From an uncultured bacterium (GTDB lineage: Bacteria > Patescibacteriota > Gracilibacteria > UBA1369 > PNNO01), in assembly GCA_963704705.1 (NCBI GenBank), contig OY969931.1, forward strand, positions 1,290,001-1,322,000: DNA of 32,000 bases. Direction: 5' to 3'. Within the stretch, counting starts at the first letter, position 1, and each line of letters starts with the position of its first letter. A model generated the notes under the pieces. It was not told where the DNA came from. It saw only the letters and a list, made by a program, of their open reading frames with translations, and made no database searches. Made by a program: the position numbers and the translations under genes. Below are positions 27,186-32,000 of the stretch, in pieces.

Positions 27186-27749
27186 ATGCGTGCAAGCCTC
27201 AAAAAGCAAAAAGGATTCCTACTTGTTGAAGTGCTGATTTCGATAACTGTCCTTTTAATGGTTTCTGCAACCATTATTACGCTTTTGGTTGTGGCTAATC
27301 GGGCGATTAAATTTAACGCGCACAGCCTTGAAGCCAGCTGGCTCACCCAGGAAGGCGTTAATGCATTTAGAGGCCTTCGCGACACGAACTGGATTAGATT
27401 CAGTTATGATAAAGAGCACTGCTGGAGCATGACAACTGACACTTGCGACCCTTCAAACGCTATTACAGCAGACTCAAATTACACTATTGAGACCTCAACT
27501 ATAATGCCTCCGGTACTTGTTAATCAGGGCGCGGCACTCGACTTAACAAATGGAATAGATGAAACAGATGGAAATTACAGAGTTTTTGATTTAGATGGAG
27601 AAGAAACCATTTATTTCAGAACAATCGAAGTGGGCAATGTAACTGCAAACAGAATAGACGCGGTTTGCCGTATAGAATGGCTTGAAGGAAGCGATCCAAA
27701 GTCAATTTCACTTCCGGTAACAATAACCAATTTTGCACTTGAAGAATAA
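27186..27749 (+). CDS. Type IV pilus/T2SS pseudopilin-like protein (PilV-like)
   Basis: Prepilin motif KKQKGFLLVEVLISITVLLMVSATIITLL. Confidence 0.85.
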   Translation: MRASLKKQKGFLLVEVLISITVLLMVSATIITLLVVANRAIKFNAHSLEASWLTQEGVNAFRGLRDTNWIRFSYDKEHCWSMTTDTCDPSNAITADSNYTIETSTIMPPVLVNQGAALDLTNGIDETDGNYRVFDLDGEETIYFRTIEVGNVTANRIDAVCRIEWLEGSDPKSISLPVTITNFALEE

Positions 27750-28266
27750 GGGAGCCGCAGGCTCTAAACAAAAATCACTTGATATATGGCGAAAAGCAAT
27801 CTGGGTTGCGATGGTTTTATTGGTAGTTGTTTTTGTTGTAATGGGGTTTGTTTTTAGGCAGTCAATTAAACAAATCAGCAAAGACCCTTCTTTGACTTCT
27901 CTAACAAATGAGTCGATTTTCAGGATAATCCAAATTGTTAATGTTAATAAAAATCGCGGCGAAGAATGTTGGGACATGATGAATCCTTTGGAACCGTGTG
28001 ATGATACAAATCGGCTTACAAAAGGCAATTATGAACTTAAAGGTACCAGCGAACTTAAATGGCTCGAAGGACCGATTAAAGGCAGATATGAACTTTCAGA
28101 TGATTTTATCCGCGATACCCTTGCAGGATTTATGCTTGGAGACAAGCAATATTATCAAACTATTGAAATTGAATTCCCGCAGCCTGATTTAATGCAGGTT
28201 ATGGTGGTGACTGAAAATAATGACGGGGACACAAGCAGCCAATTAATCAACCTAAATGCGAAATAA
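27733..28266 (+). CDS. Small single-TM protein within the pseudopilin operon
   Basis: AIWVAMVLLVVVFVVMGFVFRQSI. Overlaps both neighbours, consistent with translational coupling. Confidence 0.65.
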   Translation: MHLKNKGAAGSKQKSLDIWRKAIWVAMVLLVVVFVVMGFVFRQSIKQISKDPSLTSLTNESIFRIIQIVNVNKNRGEECWDMMNPLEPCDDTNRLTKGNYELKGTSELKWLEGPIKGRYELSDDFIRDTLAGFMLGDKQYYQTIEIEFPQPDLMQVMVVTENNDGDTSSQLINLNAK

Positions 28267-29275
28267 AAAGCGACAAAGCGGCTTTACTTTAGTGGAATTG
28301 CTTATTGCAACAAGTATTTTTAGCGTGTTTCTTGTGGCTATTGTAACCCTTACAATTAATATGTACCGCGACTCAAAACGCATTGAACTTGAAGAACAGA
28401 TGTATCAGGATATGCGCGCTCTTATGCGCCAAATTACTGTTATGGTTGAAGGCAACGCAATTGATTATGAAGAGTATTTTAGGGCTGCGAGCGGCGATGC
28501 TGAATTTGCGGGCCTTTCAGGCGTTGGCGGAAATTACGCTTACGGCGATTACGCAAAGCAATTTTATGATTTTGGAAGCGACGGGGCCCCTGGCATTTTA
28601 TGTAATTCCGGTGTTGCTGTTGAGTTGGATCCGACCTGTACTATTGATAGAAGCACTATTGATTTGAATGTAGGGCAAAATCCAATTAATGGTTTGGCTG
28701 AAGATGCCAATGCTTTTTGCGGAGTTTTTGCGGCTTGTCCCGGTGTGATGGACAGCTTGCACGAACAGGATCAGTTATATTTAATTAATGCTTTGGGTAC
28801 GCGAAAGACGATTTTGGCGCTGGAGCCGGTTGAGCGCGACCCTGGAACAGGCCCTGTTGTTGAAAATGCACTTTCTACTTTATGGCTTAATGGAAGCGAT
28901 TCTGACGGTGATGACATAACCGACACGTGGGCGATTGCAGATGAATTTATCGGAAATGGAAATATAGATGACATGGTTGCAGATCTCGGGGCTTCAAAAA
29001 GTGAAAATTTGGTTTATGACGGATTTATTCCAATCAGTCCGCTTCGCACAAATATTACAAGTTTAAAATTTTATATTTCGCCTTTGGAGGATCCTTATAA
29101 AGGATTTGCTGAAACCGATGCGGCAAGCGGGACTTTGGTTCAGCCGCACATTACGGTTGTTATGACTGCGGAACCATCGGTTATGGAGAGGCTTGATTAC
29201 TTTGGACTGCCCCCAACAGAAACTTTACAAACAACTATATATTCTGACGTAAGATTAAATGTACGATCGTATTAG
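28256..29275 (+). CDS. Pseudopilin-like protein (PilW/PulJ-like)
   Basis: KKRQSGFTLVELLIATSIFSVFLVAIVTLTINMYR is a canonical type IV prepilin signal. Confidence 0.9.
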   Translation: MRNKKRQSGFTLVELLIATSIFSVFLVAIVTLTINMYRDSKRIELEEQMYQDMRALMRQITVMVEGNAIDYEEYFRAASGDAEFAGLSGVGGNYAYGDYAKQFYDFGSDGAPGILCNSGVAVELDPTCTIDRSTIDLNVGQNPINGLAEDANAFCGVFAACPGVMDSLHEQDQLYLINALGTRKTILALEPVERDPGTGPVVENALSTLWLNGSDSDGDDITDTWAIADEFIGNGNIDDMVADLGASKSENLVYDGFIPISPLRTNITSLKFYISPLEDPYKGFAETDAASGTLVQPHITVVMTAEPSVMERLDYFGLPPTETLQTTIYSDVRLNVRSY

Positions 29276-29311
29276 AGCGAAAGGCGTGAAGCCAATAAAA
29301 AATTAAACAGT

Positions 29312-30574
29312 ATGAAAAAAATTAATATTTTAAATAGAAAGCGAAAAGGGATGAGTATGGTCATCATGCTTATTCTTGTGCCGATTTTACTTGCAATCGG
29401 AATTTCGTATGTTGACCCGATTGTGCGGTCATTCCGCGCGATTGTAAACGATCAAAAAACACTGCTTGCTAAAAGCGTTGCGGATTCAATGTTCGAGATA
29501 GCCTTATGGGAATCACGCGGTGGCGGGACAGGAGGAGTTAGTGAGGGATGTTTGTGCGATGCGGGAAGCTGCACGATTAGCGATCCAAAATGTGCGGATG
29601 GCATAGATTTCGGCTTTGGCACGGCAACAGGCACATGGCGCGTTATCGGCTCACCAGAACTTGATGAAACTCATTTGATAGACGGCGAATACACGGTTCC
29701 GGCACCAGGCAGCGGCGACGCAGGCGGCGATTATTGCTCAACAGCCGACCCTGTGGTTAGTGTTGAAATGCTTGGCGCGGCGCTAACAAACTTGGGAATC
29801 AGCGATACTGTGATGGACGATGTTTTGGATTGGCCATGCCATTGGAACAAAATCAAAGAAGGCCAGGCAGTGGCGATACCGCTGTATACTGAGGAAAACG
29901 GTGTGGTTAGGAATCCGGGATTTAGTGTGGACGATAGCGGCAGCGTGCTTGCGGACGGCGGCTTGGGGTTGAGCGATTTTCAATTGCGGTATAGGAATCC
30001 GTGTAATCCGGCGAATAGTGAGAAGGGGTATGAGATATGTGAGTCAAGATTATTTGATGATAGGTATGTGTTGAAGGAATTTGCTCCGGATGGAGTAAAT
30101 ACTGTCATTTTATTATGGAAAATTATAGGAGAGGGAATCAACAATGGTTCAACAATCGATACCGGATCAGTTGTTTTAGAACCATTTATATTTGGAGTAA
30201 ATATTAATGAAAATATTAAGGTCAATGATATAAATGCATATTTCACAAAAAATCCGATTTATTGGATTACTCCAAACAGATCTGTAAATTTAAATGGTGC
30301 TAATCCGGCTAATTTATCAGCTTATTTAGGCACAATACATAAACCAGTATTAAATTTGTTAGCAATCCACACTTTAAAATCAGATGGCGATAAAACTATT
30401 CCATACCTTGAATATCAATTTAAAGCACCTATAGATTTGGCTACGCAAAGCCCAATTTCGAGTACATCAAAAGTGGTTAGGGTTGAAGTTATGGTTGATG
30501 GTGGATATAGTGAAACTCTTGAACGAACTATTGCCTTGCCTAAGCCTGTTTCCGGATTTGTAATACAGCAATAA
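29312..30574 (+). CDS. PilX-like protein / atypical pseudopilin
   Basis: NRKRKGMSMVIMLILVPILLAIGISYVDPIVRSF. Last gene of the pilin-like cluster. Confidence 0.6.
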   Translation: MKKINILNRKRKGMSMVIMLILVPILLAIGISYVDPIVRSFRAIVNDQKTLLAKSVADSMFEIALWESRGGGTGGVSEGCLCDAGSCTISDPKCADGIDFGFGTATGTWRVIGSPELDETHLIDGEYTVPAPGSGDAGGDYCSTADPVVSVEMLGAALTNLGISDTVMDDVLDWPCHWNKIKEGQAVAIPLYTEENGVVRNPGFSVDDSGSVLADGGLGLSDFQLRYRNPCNPANSEKGYEICESRLFDDRYVLKEFAPDGVNTVILLWKIIGEGINNGSTIDTGSVVLEPFIFGVNINENIKVNDINAYFTKNPIYWITPNRSVNLNGANPANLSAYLGTIHKPVLNLLAIHTLKSDGDKTIPYLEYQFKAPIDLATQSPISSTSKVVRVEVMVDGGYSETLERTIALPKPVSGFVIQQ

Positions 30575-30580
30575 TAATAC

Positions 30581-30609
30581 TTGACAAACTAGGGTAAAAA
30601 TGGTAATAT
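30581..30609 (+). promoter_or_regulatory. Predicted promoter TTGACA-N17-TAATAT with a ~190-nt leader
   Basis: TTGACA 30581-30586, TAATAT 30604-30609. Next gene starts at 30808. Confidence 0.85.
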
Positions 30610-30807
30610 AATCACCTTTATTTAAATAAATTCAGGCTTTTTTTGTCGACAAGTTATCGGCTTGTAGATAAGGAAAGTTTGAATTGTCAACTGCTCATTG
30701 ACAATCAAATTTCAAAATATCAGCCTCCGTCAAAGGCTGATTAGATATATAAAATCAACAAAAACCAAGATTCATTCCTGAAATATGGAATGGAAAGGAT
30801 AGAGACC

Positions 30808-32000
30808 ATGCGACAGATCACAACGATCGCGTTTCTTTTTTTCCTCTGCGTCCTGAACATTCGTTCAGCGTCAGCGCAGATCAACCCCTCTATCGGAACT
30901 TCCGGCGGCGTTTGCTACGTCGACGGATCCGGTAACGTAGAGTGCCGGGACCTGGTGACCAACACCTCGCTCGGCAGCTTCAGCTACGGGTCCGGTAGCG
31001 GAAACATCGACGCATACGAGAACCTTTTCTTCACAAGCGATCCGAACGGGACTCCAATGATACAAATTCGAGACATGAACGACAACTCAGTCTGTTCCGT
31101 TCAAGGAAATGGCAGGGGGAGTGGAACCCCCAACGATGTTTACGTGACCCACTTTAACCAGAACAAGCTCGTCAAGGTAGCAAGGAGCCCTTTGACCTGT
31201 GCCTCCCCAACTGATATCCCACTTATTGGGAAAAGTCCTGCCAGAATCATTCCGATCGGAGACATCCTATATGTTCTCAACCAGGGATCCCTGACTGTCA
31301 GCCCTTCCATCGACGAGGTTGATACAGCCAACGGTGATGCGGTAACTTCGCATTCTCTTGGCGGAGTGTACGCTGATAGCGTCAAAGACATGACGTACGA
31401 TCCGAGCTCCAACTCCTTTATCGTAACTCACGGCGCAGGCTTTTGGGCCGTGGATCGTTCCACGTGGAACAAAACGAGCTGGGGAGATGTTACTAATCCG
31501 ATGGGTGAAATCGCTTACCTCGACGGGTACATCGTCTCCCATCACCTGGGTGGCAACACCGGCTACATCATCGACCCCACCAACCCAACTGCTGAAACCT
31601 CTGCGTCAATCTTCTTCGGTTTCGGCGCAACTCTGGGCTACAGTTCTATCGGCCTCACCGCGCTCTTTGTGGATGCGAACGGCCTTCACGCATTCAACTT
31701 GTCCGGCGTGGAGCAAGCATTCAGTCCCGTAAGTGCGACTGCCCAAGGTGTGGTCAACGTCAAGCCCTGGGTCACCGGCCCGGTGTGCAACAACGGCACC
31801 AAGGAGACCGGCGAGCAGTGCGACGGTTCCGATCTCGGGACCGAGACCTGCATCACGCAGGGCTTCCTCGGCGGTACCCTGGCCTGCACGTCTTCGTGCA
31901 CCTTCGACACTTCCGGCTGCATCTCCCAGATCTGCCTCAACGGCACCAAGGAGGGCACCGAGGAGTGTGACGGCAGCGACTACGGCGGGGCAACCTGCCA
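30808..32000 (+). CDS. Secreted protein with C-terminal Cys-rich repeats (GTKE.GE.CDGSD.G..TC); GC-rich; truncated by the window edge
   Basis: Signal peptide MRQITTIAFLFFLCVLNIRSASA, continuous frame to 32000, ending CNNGTKETGEQCDGSDLGTETCITQGFLGGTLACTSSCTFDTSGC / CLNGTKEGTEECDGSDYGGATC. Not in the ORF track because it has no stop in the window. Confidence 0.88.
   Translation, partial: MRQITTIAFLFFLCVLNIRSASAQINPSIGTSGGVCYVDGSGNVECRDLVTNTSLGSFSYGSGSGNIDAYENLFFTSDPNGTPMIQIRDMNDNSVCSVQGNGRGSGTPNDVYVTHFNQNKLVKVARSPLTCASPTDIPLIGKSPARIIPIGDILYVLNQGSLTVSPSIDEVDTANGDAVTSHSLGGVYADSVKDMTYDPSSNSFIVTHGAGFWAVDRSTWNKTSWGDVTNPMGEIAYLDGYIVSHHLGGNTGYIIDPTNPTAETSASIFFGFGATLGYSSIGLTALFVDANGLHAFNLSGVEQAFSPVSATAQGVVNVKPWVTGPVCNNGTKETGEQCDGSDLGTETCITQGFLGGTLACTSSCTFDTSGCISQICLNGTKEGTEECDGSDYGGATC

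Noticed and set aside
30871-31970. Track ORFs 30871-31065(-), 31140-31412(-), 31267-31545(-), 31487-31732(+), 31686-31958(-), 31785-31970(+)
   Set aside because: All are shadow frames of one continuous plus-strand secreted protein (30808-32000).

Overview
This window comes from an AT-rich bacterial genome. Its style resembles Patescibacteria/CPR, but that is inference only. Housekeeping content: partial MATE transporter, AbrB-type protein, bL33, tRNA-Thr(GGU), tRNA-Trp(CCA), response regulator/histidine kinase, SdpR/SdpI-like pair, and a four-gene pseudopilin-like cluster. Surface content: two SLH proteins, a C39-like peptidase, a lamin-tail/cohesin/Fn3/dockerin-like protein and a second cohesin-like protein. 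Main observations: (1) two long repeats (8276-8473, 9784-10050) contain the 3' half of the resident tRNA-Thr (10969-11043). Each is broken at the anticodon loop and carries a 52-nt insert at the same T-loop position, and together with the tRNA they bound two small gene cassettes. (2) A promoter-driven operon (6318-8274) ends in an apparent caspase-fold (clan CD) protein whose NAHG and ACHGG blocks lie in overlapping ORFs related by +1 and -1 shifts. (3) A four-gene minus-strand cluster (21088-26105) of unknown proteins is led by a ~1000-aa helical-repeat protein with a degenerate HD-GYP-like C-terminus. (4) Two GC-rich genes (Ser/Thr kinase; Cys-rich repeat secreted protein) sit behind AT-rich leaders. 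(5) A single-base frameshift splits a dockerin-like domain. (6) The SdpR-like gene has a textbook autoregulatory promoter/operator. No CRISPR array, transposase or integrase was recognised. All domain calls are by eye and no database was searched.
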